Shown in pieces: positions 20,274-29,719 of a DNA stretch of 64,000 bases (its first letter is position 1; each line of letters begins with the position of its first letter). Made by a program: the position numbers and the translations under genes. The stretch is taken from positions 832,001 through 896,000 of the forward strand of contig CP147778.1 of NCBI GenBank assembly GCA_037305845.1, in the 5' to 3' direction. The DNA is from Candidatus Freyarchaeum deiterrae (lineage in GTDB: Archaea; Asgardarchaeota; Jordiarchaeia; Jordiarchaeales; Jordiarchaeaceae). Below the pieces are notes generated by a model. It was not told the DNA's origin. It made no database searches and saw only the letters and a program-made list of their open reading frames with translations.

Positions 20274-20801
20274 TCAAACACCCTTGCACTTAAGAATACA
20301 TTTAGCCAACGCTACAAAAGCATTCTCTACATTATCGCCAGCCTTGGCAGAAGTCTCAAAAAACGGCGCATTTATACCATCCGCATACTCCTTACCCTCA
20401 CTCTTCTTAACTTCCCTCAAACTATCCAAGTCACACTTATTACCAACCACAACACCAGCCGAAAGATCACCGCTATTCTTCCCCATCTCACTCCTCCAGT
20501 TATCAAGATTCTCTAAAGTAGTTCTACGAGTAACATCGTAAACCAACAAGCAACCAGCGGCACCCAGATAAAAACCAGCCCGCACATACTTGAAATGCGG
20601 CTGACCAGCCAAATCCCAAATAATAAGCTTCACACTACTACCATCAACAACAAGACTCTTCGCAAAAATATTCGTTCCAAGAGTCATTTTGTAGTCTTTT
20701 TCGAATTTTCCTGTGATGAATTTTTCTATTAGGCTTGTTTTTCCTACTGCTCCGTCTCCAGCCAAGATTACTTTGTACATGAGTTCTTTGCTTGCTGCCA
20801 T
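20274..20801 (-). CDS. Rab-like small GTPase
   Basis: GDGAVGKTS, YKMTLG, IWDLAGQ, GNKCD, FETSAK. Confidence 0.92.
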   Translation of the reverse strand: MAASKELMYKVILAGDGAVGKTSLIEKFITGKFEKDYKMTLGTNIFAKSLVVDGSSVKLIIWDLAGQPHFKYVRAGFYLGAAGCLLVYDVTRRTTLENLDNWRSEMGKNSGDLSAGVVVGNKCDLDSLREVKKSEGKEYADGINAPFFETSAKAGDNVENAFVALAKCILKCKGV

Positions 20802-20997
20802 TTTCTTACTTCCTTTATTTTGTGGTTTGGTTTATTTTTAGTTTTGTTTTTGCTTGCTCACTTTTTGCTTTCCTTTTCTTTTTATTTCATTTAAGTTTTT
20901 GTGTCTGGTTTAATATATTGTCAAGGTATAATATTTGTTTTTCGTTTTGGGCGCTTTTTTTATTATTGGCTGTTTTCGTGTTCGCTTTTTTCATTGT

Positions 20998-21048
20998 GTT
21001 AGTGAGTTATTGAACATTCTAATATTATATGTATTTAAAATTATTTGT
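20998..21048 (+). repeat. Left copy of imperfect ~50-bp direct repeat bounding the HEAT island
   Basis: gttagtgagt...ttctaat...tatttaaaattatttgt; 17-bp core at 21032-21048 is identical to 28164-28180. Confidence 0.55.
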
Positions 21049-21140
21049 GAATTTTCTCCTATGTGCACGGAATGTGATGGATGTAATTAATAAAACTGAA
21101 ATTTTTGAAGTGAAGAGATGTACTTTTATAGGGTTTGGAT

Positions 21141-22256
21141 TCAGCGTTTTATTCTTTTTACTATTTTTGGGCGTTTTGATTTTAGTTCTTCTTGGTTGAT
21201 TAGTTTGGTTTTTTTCGGGAGTCTGGGTAGGTAGAACCATCTGTAACGGTGAAATTCTGGGTGGGTGTCGTCTACGAATTTTTCCATTCCTGCGTATCTT
21301 TTGCAGTTTTCGCAGTAGAAGCATATTACGTCTCGTGTCTGGAAGTGCCATCCTTCGTCGTCGCTTATATCCCACATTCTTTTTGACAGCTTGTTCACGT
21401 ATCCCCATTGTACGTATTCTCCGCAGAGGCATAGTAGGAAGTGTTTGTCGAAGTTTACTATTTCATCGATTGTTTCCCGTAAGTCTAGTTTTTCGATGAA
21501 ACCGCGTAATTCTCCCGAATCGAAGTATTCTTCCCAGCTGTGCTTCGCATCTAAATAGTAGTAAACCTTTTTTTCAACGTATTTGTATAGGCTCATTGAC
21601 GGCTTGTACTCCGAGGGTGGACCTAGGTTATCGAGAGAACCGTAAGACTTTTTGACAAGATCCAAATCTCTTTCAACCTCTTCTACGTTTTCTGTAGGCG
21701 TTAAGCGGTTCGCCTGTACTATTTTTTCGGCTCTCTCTGAATCCAACTGCAGGAGCGCTCTTCCGGCAACTTCGCGCAGCAGTTCCGGTTCTTTGGGGTC
21801 GTTGAAAACCTCCTCCAGCGCAGGGAAAGCTTTTCGGTCTCCTATTTTTCCTAGAGCGTAGGCGGTGAACTTCCGCGTCTCGGAATATTCATTTTTCAGG
21901 AGCAAGAGTTCTGTGAGCGGTTGTACTGCCTCTCTTCCAAATTTTATTAGGGTATCCGTTGCGGCTTTCACGTGGAATGGTTCGAAAAATTCCGGGTTAA
22001 TCCCTGAATCTTTTAATGATTTTATAAGGAATGGAACCACAACATTTGGGTCGCCTAGCATCTCAAAAATGCGACAGGCTAGAATGAATTTATAAAAATC
22101 GTGATCTTCCTTTTCCAGATAATCCATGGCGCGAAGAGCCAAGTTCCCCCAAGCGTCGCCATGTTCCTTCACCAGTAATCCCACCATATAAAGACCAAAA
22201 ATAACGATATAAACTTGCTGCAAACATAAATAATAGTAGTGTACAGTTCCTTTCAA
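21141..22256 (-). CDS. HEAT-repeat protein with C-terminal Cys-rich (CxC...CxxC) domain
   Basis: PBS-lyase-type HEAT repeats (TAYALGKIGDRKAFPALEEV), then CLCGE...CFYCENC; start may be ATG 22187. Confidence 0.65.
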   Translation of the reverse strand: MKGTVHYYYLCLQQVYIVIFGLYMVGLLVKEHGDAWGNLALRAMDYLEKEDHDFYKFILACRIFEMLGDPNVVVPFLIKSLKDSGINPEFFEPFHVKAATDTLIKFGREAVQPLTELLLLKNEYSETRKFTAYALGKIGDRKAFPALEEVFNDPKEPELLREVAGRALLQLDSERAEKIVQANRLTPTENVEEVERDLDLVKKSYGSLDNLGPPSEYKPSMSLYKYVEKKVYYYLDAKHSWEEYFDSGELRGFIEKLDLRETIDEIVNFDKHFLLCLCGEYVQWGYVNKLSKRMWDISDDEGWHFQTRDVICFYCENCKRYAGMEKFVDDTHPEFHRYRWFYLPRLPKKTKLINQEELKSKRPKIVKRIKR

Positions 22257-22263
22257 AAATTTT

Positions 22264-24327
22264 TTATTGTATATACCGCATTCCGTATTCTGCGGTCATT
22301 CTAACTAATTTATCTTTGTCTTTGAGAGCTTTTTTTAGTTGCCTCACGGATTGAACGCCTCCCATTTTCAGGAGCGCCTCTACTGCTGCCATGCGGATGC
22401 GGGATTTGGGGTCGTAGAGTTTACTTCTCAGTATTTCGAGCGTGTATTTAGGGGGGAAGGAGGCGAGTGCCAGGATTGTTGCTTCCTGAACGCTTAAATC
22501 CTCATCTTTGAGGAGATTATTTAGGGTTTCAATAGCAGCTGGGTCTTCTAGCCGTCCTAGAGCGCATACTGCGAGCCTACGTATTTGGGTTTTTTCGCTT
22601 TTAAGCATGTTGATGAATAAATCCAAGGGCTTCGTGTCTTTCTTGGTTTCTGTTTCCGAGGTTTTGAGAGCTTCTGCTAGGCTGAGAACATTGTGTTGTT
22701 CTACGCCGAGTATTCCTAGTGACTCTAGGGCGGCTTGTCTGATGCTCTGTTCTTCGTCCCGTAGGGCTTCTATTAGTGATTCTGTGAAGGAGCTTTGCTC
22801 GGGCATGAAAGTATCCCAGTATGCGGCCATTTTTTCGGCGGTGTCTTTTCTAACCTCTGGATTGGGATTTTTAATCAGACTTTTGAGATCTTCTATTGCT
22901 TCCTCGGGTACAAACCACAAGTCTTCTCTCAGTGTCTCGTGTGTGAACTTTCTTATCCACTCATTCGGGCCGTTTCCTAGTTTTTTTATCAAAATTTCTG
23001 TGTATTCGTCGAAGCCTATATCTATGAGTTTATATGCTATCTCTGCGCGGAGGTCATCGTCTTCTTGGACCGCCGCCTCGATTAGATAATTTATGAATTC
23101 TTGGAACTTTTCTAGGTTGAAACTTTTTTTGTGATACACAGCCCATACTGCGTCTAGTAGGGTTTCCCTCACGTTTCGTCTGATATAGGGATTTTCACTC
23201 TTGAGCAATGGGTATAGTGCAGGAAATTTTGCGTATACGGAGAAGCCTTTGATAGCTTTTTTAGCCGCTTCTCGAATCTCCGAGTCTTCATTTCCCATGG
23301 CGTCAATAACAGCATCTCGATACATGCCTTCGTTTAATTCGTCTTTGACCTCCCATGCGTCACTGTAGCATGATTCGGGGTGGCTTACTTCGGACTGAGC
23401 GTTCGTAAAAACTTTAATAGCTTCTATTCTAACCTTATTATCGTCACTAATCATATAGTTAAAAAGCTCCTTCATGGCGTCCCTGAAAAGAGCACGATTC
23501 TCCTTGCACTCGAAGGAACACAAATCTGAGTGGTAACCAATTTTTTCCATAATCATCTCGTACTCTATGGGGTCAAATCTTAAGAAATCCTCTTGAAAGT
23601 CATAATCTGAATAGGAACGTCGGTTAGTATATCTCTTGATTATTCCTTCTATAAGTTTCAACCTCTCAAACACATATACGTCAATCTTGTCTTTTAGAAC
23701 CTGATTAAGACGCTCCTCCGCCCTTTCATTTATTATCTTTTCAAGGGATATTGCTGCAGCCATTCGAATCTCCCATTTCTCATCCTTTAGTGCTTCGTTG
23801 AGAGGTTTAACTGCTCTTTCATCCTTTATATAACCAAGAGCTCGAGCTGCCCCCCAACGAATGAACCAGTTTTCGTTTTTTAGTGCTTGGATGAGGTAGT
23901 CTAATGCAGGTTTACCAATATTTCTAAGAGCTAGTACGGCTTCTTCCCGAATATCGAAACGTTCATCGTTCAGGCTATGAATGAGAACTTGTACAGCTCG
24001 CTCATCCCCTATCTTCCCAAGCGCCTCAATGGCTCCCCTTAGAACAAGCATATCTTTGTCCTTAAGAGCTTGAATTAACGGTTCTACTGCTCTCTTATCT
24101 CGTATATTCCCTAGGGCATTTGCCGCTCCCTGTCTAACGAGCCAATAATCATCCTTTAGCGCCAGAACAAGAAATTCTACTGCGGGTTCTCCAATTTTTG
24201 CAAGAGCCTCTGTTGCTTTTTCGGTGATAATATAAAAACTATAGCTTAGAGCTTTTATCAAGCCTTTAACATCTTTCTCTGCTTCCATCCTTTCGATATC
24301 GCTCTCAGAGAGACTAGATTCTTTCAT
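22264..24327 (-). CDS. HEAT-repeat (PBS lyase-like) protein, paralog A
   Basis: Multiple ALG.I.D.RAV.PLI.ALKD repeats at both ends around a non-repeat core; ATG 24327 after GAGGGG. Confidence 0.85.
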   Translation of the reverse strand: MKESSLSESDIERMEAEKDVKGLIKALSYSFYIITEKATEALAKIGEPAVEFLVLALKDDYWLVRQGAANALGNIRDKRAVEPLIQALKDKDMLVLRGAIEALGKIGDERAVQVLIHSLNDERFDIREEAVLALRNIGKPALDYLIQALKNENWFIRWGAARALGYIKDERAVKPLNEALKDEKWEIRMAAAISLEKIINERAEERLNQVLKDKIDVYVFERLKLIEGIIKRYTNRRSYSDYDFQEDFLRFDPIEYEMIMEKIGYHSDLCSFECKENRALFRDAMKELFNYMISDDNKVRIEAIKVFTNAQSEVSHPESCYSDAWEVKDELNEGMYRDAVIDAMGNEDSEIREAAKKAIKGFSVYAKFPALYPLLKSENPYIRRNVRETLLDAVWAVYHKKSFNLEKFQEFINYLIEAAVQEDDDLRAEIAYKLIDIGFDEYTEILIKKLGNGPNEWIRKFTHETLREDLWFVPEEAIEDLKSLIKNPNPEVRKDTAEKMAAYWDTFMPEQSSFTESLIEALRDEEQSIRQAALESLGILGVEQHNVLSLAEALKTSETETKKDTKPLDLFINMLKSEKTQIRRLAVCALGRLEDPAAIETLNNLLKDEDLSVQEATILALASFPPKYTLEILRSKLYDPKSRIRMAAVEALLKMGGVQSVRQLKKALKDKDKLVRMTAEYGMRYIQ

Positions 24328-24419
24328 CTTTATCGCCCCTCTAACAACAATATTGTTTACAGCTACGTTATGTAAGACCTTGTGGTGTGGTAGCATGTTT
24401 ATATCCTTTGATTAGCTTT

Positions 24420-26525
24420 TCATTCTCCGTTTTTCTTTTCATCAATCATCTGTAAAGCTCCCTTCGCTACTTCTTGAACCCACCTGTCCTTATCGTTGAG
24501 GTAATTTTTCAGGGTGTCAACGACACCAGTATCTCCCAGATAGGCTAGCGAGAGGATTGCGAGTACGCGGATTGAGGGTTTTTCACTATTTAGCAATTTG
24601 AGAAATATCTCCACAGCCGTCAGGTGTTTTTTGGCTTCTTTTTCCATTGAGGCTCTAAGGGCTTCAGCTATGTTTCCTGCAAGCGACTTTGTCACTCCGA
24701 TTGCTTCGAGTGCTTCTAAGATTGCTTCTCTGAAGCTCTGGTCTTTGTCCCCTAGAGTTTTTATTAGCTTGTATGTGAAGGGATTTTCTTCAGGTTTAGG
24801 CCTATCCTCAGGTTTGAGGTAGCAGAAAAATTCTCCCATTGTTTTTACAACTGCTTTTCTGACTCTGGGACTGGGGTCTTCAAGCGCCTCCAAAAGGGCA
24901 TCTATCTCTTCTTCTGTGCACTCCTGTTCTAGTAGCATCTCAGCTGAGTACTCTCTAACATGCTCGTTGGTACTGTTTCTGAGTTTTTCGACGAAAACAT
25001 CCGTGAAGTAAGGTTTGTTCATGCTTCTGAATTCAGATACTATCTTTTCGCGGATGTCATCATCTTCTTGACCAGCAGCCTCTATTAGATATTTCAGAAA
25101 TTCCTTAAAAGAATACTTATTGTACTTTTCGTAGGAGACACCGTCTTTATAATCATTATAGTAAACTTCCAATATTGAGTCTGCGATTGCTTCTCTTGCC
25201 ACTTGTCTGATACGGGGATTCTCGTTTTCAAGTAGGTCGTAGAGATCCGGAATTTTTACGTAAATCGAGAAGCCTTTAGCTGCGCTCTTAGTTAGTTCTC
25301 GAATCTCTGGGTTTTCCTCGCCCATAACGTCGACAACAGCGTCCCAGTAAATGCCTTCGTTTAGTTCGTCTTTGACCTCCCACTTGACACTGTATTCTTC
25401 TGATGCAATATGTCTTACTTTTGACTGGGCGTCTGTAAAAACTTTCATAGCTTCTACTCTAACCGTATTATCGTCGCTAATCATATAGTTATAAAGCTCG
25501 TCCATGGCGTCCATGAAAATTATGCGTTCCTCCTGGTACTCCCAAACACTTACCCTTTTTTTCTCCCCGATTTCCTGTATGATTTTATTATATTCTACTG
25601 GATTGAATCTCTGGAAGTTCTCGTTAGATATGCCACTGTCGCTAATGTACTGATCGATCATCTGATTTATTAGTTGTAGTCGGTCAAACACATCCATGCC
25701 AGTTTGCTCTTTTAGAGCCTGAGTTAGGGGATCCCACGCTCTCTTGTCTCCTATCTTTTTTAGAGACTTTGTGGCTATCATGCGAACGTACTTGTTTTCA
25801 TCTTTCAGCGCTTGGATGAGTGGCTCTACTGCCCTTTTATCGTCTATATCTCCAAGGATTTTTGCTGAGTCTATTCTAATTTGCACATTTTCATCTTTCA
25901 GCGCTTGGATGAGTGGTTCTACTGCGGGTTCTCCTATCTCTAAAATGGTCATTGCTGCCTGCATTCGTATATTTTCATCTTCATCCTTCAGAGCTTGAAT
26001 TAGGGGGGCTACAGCTTGCACATCTCTGATCTTGAGAAGAGCCACTCCTAAGCTAATTTTAAATTTTGAATCTGCTTTCTTTTGAACTTGTAGAATGGGT
26101 TCCACTGCTCTTGCGTCCCCTATATCTCCAAGAACATCTGCTGCTATATTCTGAATCTCTTCATTCTCATACTTTAGCAACTCAATGAGGGGCTCAACCG
26201 CTGATTTTCCAATATTTACAAGTTTTTTTGCGGCGTACATTCGAATGTACTTGTCTTTTTCATTATACTTATTCTTCAAGGCTTGGATTAGGAATTCTAC
26301 AGTTGGTTCTCCAGTATTTCCAAGAGCTTCTGCCCCTTTTTCTTGAACTGCTCTATCTATAAGAACATCTATAAATGAAGGACCCAGACTACGAAGAGCT
26401 TCCGCTGCTTTAAAGTGAATTACTGGGTCTAACCTATAATTCAAGCGTATGTTCTCCAGTCTCCGAGTATTGTTCTCTGCTCTCATTCTTTCAATAAATT
26501 GCTTGTACCAATTAATCCTACCCAC
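24420..26525 (-). CDS. HEAT-repeat (PBS lyase-like) protein, paralog B
   Basis: AVEPLIQALKDE repeats with 93-bp DNA periodicity near 25800-25920; shares the NYMISDDN/WEVKDELNEG core with paralog A. Confidence 0.85.
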   Translation of the reverse strand: MGRINWYKQFIERMRAENNTRRLENIRLNYRLDPVIHFKAAEALRSLGPSFIDVLIDRAVQEKGAEALGNTGEPTVEFLIQALKNKYNEKDKYIRMYAAKKLVNIGKSAVEPLIELLKYENEEIQNIAADVLGDIGDARAVEPILQVQKKADSKFKISLGVALLKIRDVQAVAPLIQALKDEDENIRMQAAMTILEIGEPAVEPLIQALKDENVQIRIDSAKILGDIDDKRAVEPLIQALKDENKYVRMIATKSLKKIGDKRAWDPLTQALKEQTGMDVFDRLQLINQMIDQYISDSGISNENFQRFNPVEYNKIIQEIGEKKRVSVWEYQEERIIFMDAMDELYNYMISDDNTVRVEAMKVFTDAQSKVRHIASEEYSVKWEVKDELNEGIYWDAVVDVMGEENPEIRELTKSAAKGFSIYVKIPDLYDLLENENPRIRQVAREAIADSILEVYYNDYKDGVSYEKYNKYSFKEFLKYLIEAAGQEDDDIREKIVSEFRSMNKPYFTDVFVEKLRNSTNEHVREYSAEMLLEQECTEEEIDALLEALEDPSPRVRKAVVKTMGEFFCYLKPEDRPKPEENPFTYKLIKTLGDKDQSFREAILEALEAIGVTKSLAGNIAEALRASMEKEAKKHLTAVEIFLKLLNSEKPSIRVLAILSLAYLGDTGVVDTLKNYLNDKDRWVQEVAKGALQMIDEKKNGE

Positions 26526-26880
26526 TTTCGCACCTCTTGCACGAATAAATGTGCATAATCAAGATTTCTAGATAATTACAGTTTTATTTTACTACAATAA
26601 AGTTTTATTCACTTTTGAGAGTGCAGAAGTTGTACTTTTGGGATTCCTTGGATTGATTTATTTTTGACTCGATTTTGGGATAAGTCTATGTAAGATTGTT
26701 ATTAATATTTTTTTGGTGTCTTGTGTGGCATTTTTATGCTTTAGAGCTCTTATTTTTTCATGGTAGAACTGGTCCACTATTGAAAGCGTGAATACTAATT
26801 CAGCAATTTCGAATGTTAATTCAACGTATGTGTATAGCTTTACTCCTAATATTCTCGGTATTGGTTTCATTATTTATATT

Positions 26881-27660
26881 TTAGCTTCTCGATGACTGGT
26901 TCTGTGGTAGGTCTTTCCAGTTTTCGATAACTTTGGATTGTACGCTTCTGAACACCGCTAGAGTTTTGCGCAAATCGTTGAGTACGCCCAAATCTACATC
27001 GGTGTACGCTCGATAGCCTCCCAGCCATGCGGGTATGCCGGATTTGCTGGTTACCTCGCCGACTATTCTCTCCACTATTCCCTTCGTGTGCAGCCACCCT
27101 TTGGATAACTGTTTCCACAGGAACCTGACGCCCTTAACCTCCTTCTCCCAGCCGCACTCCTCCATGAGTTCAGACATGCTCTTATCACTGTCCTGCATCT
27201 CCCCTTCAAGCATCCGGATCTTATCCGTGAAGGACAGCTTGTTGGGGTACTTCATATCCGCATAGTAGAACTTGACCAGGGACTCGACCATTAGGCGTAG
27301 CTCCATGAAGCAGGCGACCACGTTTGAGGCCAGCAGGTCTGTGAACATCGCGTAGCTGAACGGCCGCAGGATCAGGAAAACGTAGGGGCGGATGCAGGAG
27401 TTGGCATATCTCTGTGGGAACTCGCCTCCTTCCATGAAATAGTTTACATACCGGTTCATATCGGCGATAAGCCTTAGAACCTCGCGGCTAACCGACTTGG
27501 TTTTACCGGGCTCAGAATCATCGAGGAGAAATTTCTGGTTCTCACGCATAACATCCACGATTCTCTCCAAAGAATCATTTTGCCCATTTTTTTCCACCAA
27601 TTTTTTAACACTATTCTCCCCGACCTTTTCTATACTTTTGGTGTCTCCCAAACTGGACAC
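26881..27660 (-). CDS. Hypothetical protein, possibly DUF5677/HEPN-like
   Basis: Helical protein with ELRLMVESL and LWKQLSKGWLH patterns; visibly more GC-rich than its flanks. Confidence 0.5.
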   Translation of the reverse strand: MSSLGDTKSIEKVGENSVKKLVEKNGQNDSLERIVDVMRENQKFLLDDSEPGKTKSVSREVLRLIADMNRYVNYFMEGGEFPQRYANSCIRPYVFLILRPFSYAMFTDLLASNVVACFMELRLMVESLVKFYYADMKYPNKLSFTDKIRMLEGEMQDSDKSMSELMEECGWEKEVKGVRFLWKQLSKGWLHTKGIVERIVGEVTSKSGIPAWLGGYRAYTDVDLGVLNDLRKTLAVFRSVQSKVIENWKDLPQNQSSRS

Positions 27661-28134
27661 GTAAGTTCACCTCTCTCCATTTTTTGGGTTTTGTATAATC
27701 ATTTTTTCTATTCTCACGATGGTTGTTTGTGGGATGCGGCATTGCTGTTTGGACAATTTTTTGTATTGGTTTTTAATGCGAGAGAAACTTGATGAGATGA
27801 TTTCTGCGTCGCATCCAAGGGTTTTTTGGGTGGCTCCCTCGTTTATAAATTAATGTGTCTGTTTTTTGGGGAGAATTTCCACCTTTTTCGGGATGTTTTT
27901 TGGGTGCTTTCGATTTTTTGAGGATTTTTCACTTGTTTTTTTCATTTATCTCGTTTCTTTATTTTTGGTTTTCATTTTAGAGTTTTATGAGATTCCTTTT
28001 TTTCTGGTATAAAAGAAGGAGGATACATTGCGAAAGTACCGCGTGCAAAAAATATGTAAAAAAATGGTCAAAAATTACATATTTCTGTGGGCAAAAATTT
28101 CAGATAAAAAATAGGGGGATGGCTCTTAATTGTA

Positions 28135-28180
28135 GTTAAGTGAGTGGATGTTCTAATGGTATATATTTAAAATTATTTGT
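28135..28180 (+). repeat. Right copy of imperfect direct repeat bounding the HEAT island
   Basis: gttaagtgagt...ttctaat...tatttaaaattatttgt. Confidence 0.55.
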
Positions 28181-28279
28181 AAGAGTCTACTGAAAAATCG
28201 TTTTATGAAGGAAATACTAAAGCTTAAAATAAAACATGTTTAATAGTGGTATAGGAACTTACTTTGAGGGGTTTGTATC

Positions 28280-29062
28280 GTGTCAGGAGAGCTTCAACCG
28301 AATAAAAACTATGCTGAAATGGTGGAAAACTGTAACAAGTTGATTGATAGAGGAACTTTTCTTTATTCTCTTGAAAAATTTGAAGAAGCCCTGGGGTGCT
28401 TTGACGAGGCTACTAAGATAAATCCGAGGGATGGAGACGCGTGGACTAATAAGGGTGCTACTCTTTACAATCTCGGCAGGTTTGATGAGGCTTTGATATG
28501 TTTTGATGAGGCGAACAAGTTAAGTCCGAACATTTCTGAGGCGTGGTATGATAAGGGGGTTATTCTTAGTGGGCTGCGTAGATATGATGATGCGTTAAAA
28601 TGCTTTGATAAGGTAACTAAATTAAGTCCAAAGCTTGTTGAAGCGTGGTATAATAAGGGTGCTGTTCTTCATAAGATTGGTAAAGTGAAGGAATCCATGA
28701 AATGCCTCGATGAAGCAATCAAGTTAAACCCTGAGTACATTGAAGTGTGGAATCTTAAAGGTGCTGTTCTTCTCGGACTTGGTAAATTTAATGAGGCCGT
28801 GAAATGCTTTGACGAGGCAATTAAGATAAACCCAAAGTTTGCTGAAGCGTGGCACAATAAGGGTCTTGTTTTTCACAAGCTTGCTAGGGATGACGAAGCA
28901 ATCAAGTGCTATGACGAAGCAATCAAAATAAATCCCAAGTATACTGAAGCATGGTATAATAAGGGCGCCGCTCTCCAGGCGCTTGGTAAGGCTGAGGAAG
29001 CCAAAAAATGCTACGATGAAGCAATCAAGATAGACCCAAGGCTTGAAAATCCGCTTAGGTAA
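28280..29062 (+). CDS. Tetratricopeptide-repeat protein (about 7 TPRs)
   Basis: 34-aa repeats EAWYNKG..L..LG...EA.KC.DEAIKINP. Confidence 0.92.
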   Translation: MSGELQPNKNYAEMVENCNKLIDRGTFLYSLEKFEEALGCFDEATKINPRDGDAWTNKGATLYNLGRFDEALICFDEANKLSPNISEAWYDKGVILSGLRRYDDALKCFDKVTKLSPKLVEAWYNKGAVLHKIGKVKESMKCLDEAIKLNPEYIEVWNLKGAVLLGLGKFNEAVKCFDEAIKINPKFAEAWHNKGLVFHKLARDDEAIKCYDEAIKINPKYTEAWYNKGAALQALGKAEEAKKCYDEAIKIDPRLENPLR

Positions 29063-29263
29063 ATTTCTTCAAAACCCACTCCACTAACTCTCATTATCGA
29101 AGAATATAACGAAAATATTTGTTTCTCAATAGCTTTCGACTGAGTAATGTTTTTCATTAATACTATTGGTTGTTTTTTGGTTTTTTGAAGTAATTTTTAT
29201 ATGGTTTTCTTTGTTATGGTGTAGTCTGAAAAAATTGTTTAATTCGGTCGGTATGGTGGTTCT

Positions 29264-29605
29264 ATGGAAGAGTTACTGGGGGAAGTTCTTGGTCAAATCG
29301 ATAAGGCTAAGTCTGCGGGTGATGCTGAGGCGAGGAAGTTGGAGGCTTGGATGGCTCGGACTAGTTTGGAGCTTTTTCTTGTTAAACTGGTTTTATTGCA
29401 CGGTTTGGAGGAAAGGGATGCTCCTCCTGCGCCTAGGATTAAAAGGGACGAGCCGGATAGGGATTTGAAACTTTTGAATTTGGCTGAGGAGAAGGTTAAG
29501 GAAGCGTTGAAGTATTTCAGTGAGGAGGATTATATTTTAACGTATGAAAATGTTTGGGGGGCTAAGAATTTTCTAACCAAAATCGTAACTTCTACTCTCA
29601 GTTGA
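29264..29605 (+). CDS. Hypothetical helical protein
   Basis: 113-aa ORF with a GGTGGT RBS; no recognisable motif. Confidence 0.6.
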   Translation: MEELLGEVLGQIDKAKSAGDAEARKLEAWMARTSLELFLVKLVLLHGLEERDAPPAPRIKRDEPDRDLKLLNLAEEKVKEALKYFSEEDYILTYENVWGAKNFLTKIVTSTLS

Positions 29606-29719
29606 GTGAAAAACATGTTTTTTACTTTGTTGAGTTCGTTTATTGAGGTTGTTTTTTGTTTGTTTTGGTGAAAAGTTTTATTTTTGTTTTGTGTTTCTTT
29701 TGTGTGTGGGGTTTGTTTC

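Noticed and set aside
25795-25925. Exact ~25-bp repeat with 93-bp period, and similar periodicity at 28400-29040
   Set aside because: Explained by HEAT (31 aa) and TPR (34 aa) protein repeats.
26658-26870. 70-aa ORF inside the HEAT island
   Set aside because: No RBS or motif, AT-rich; cannot be supported as a gene.
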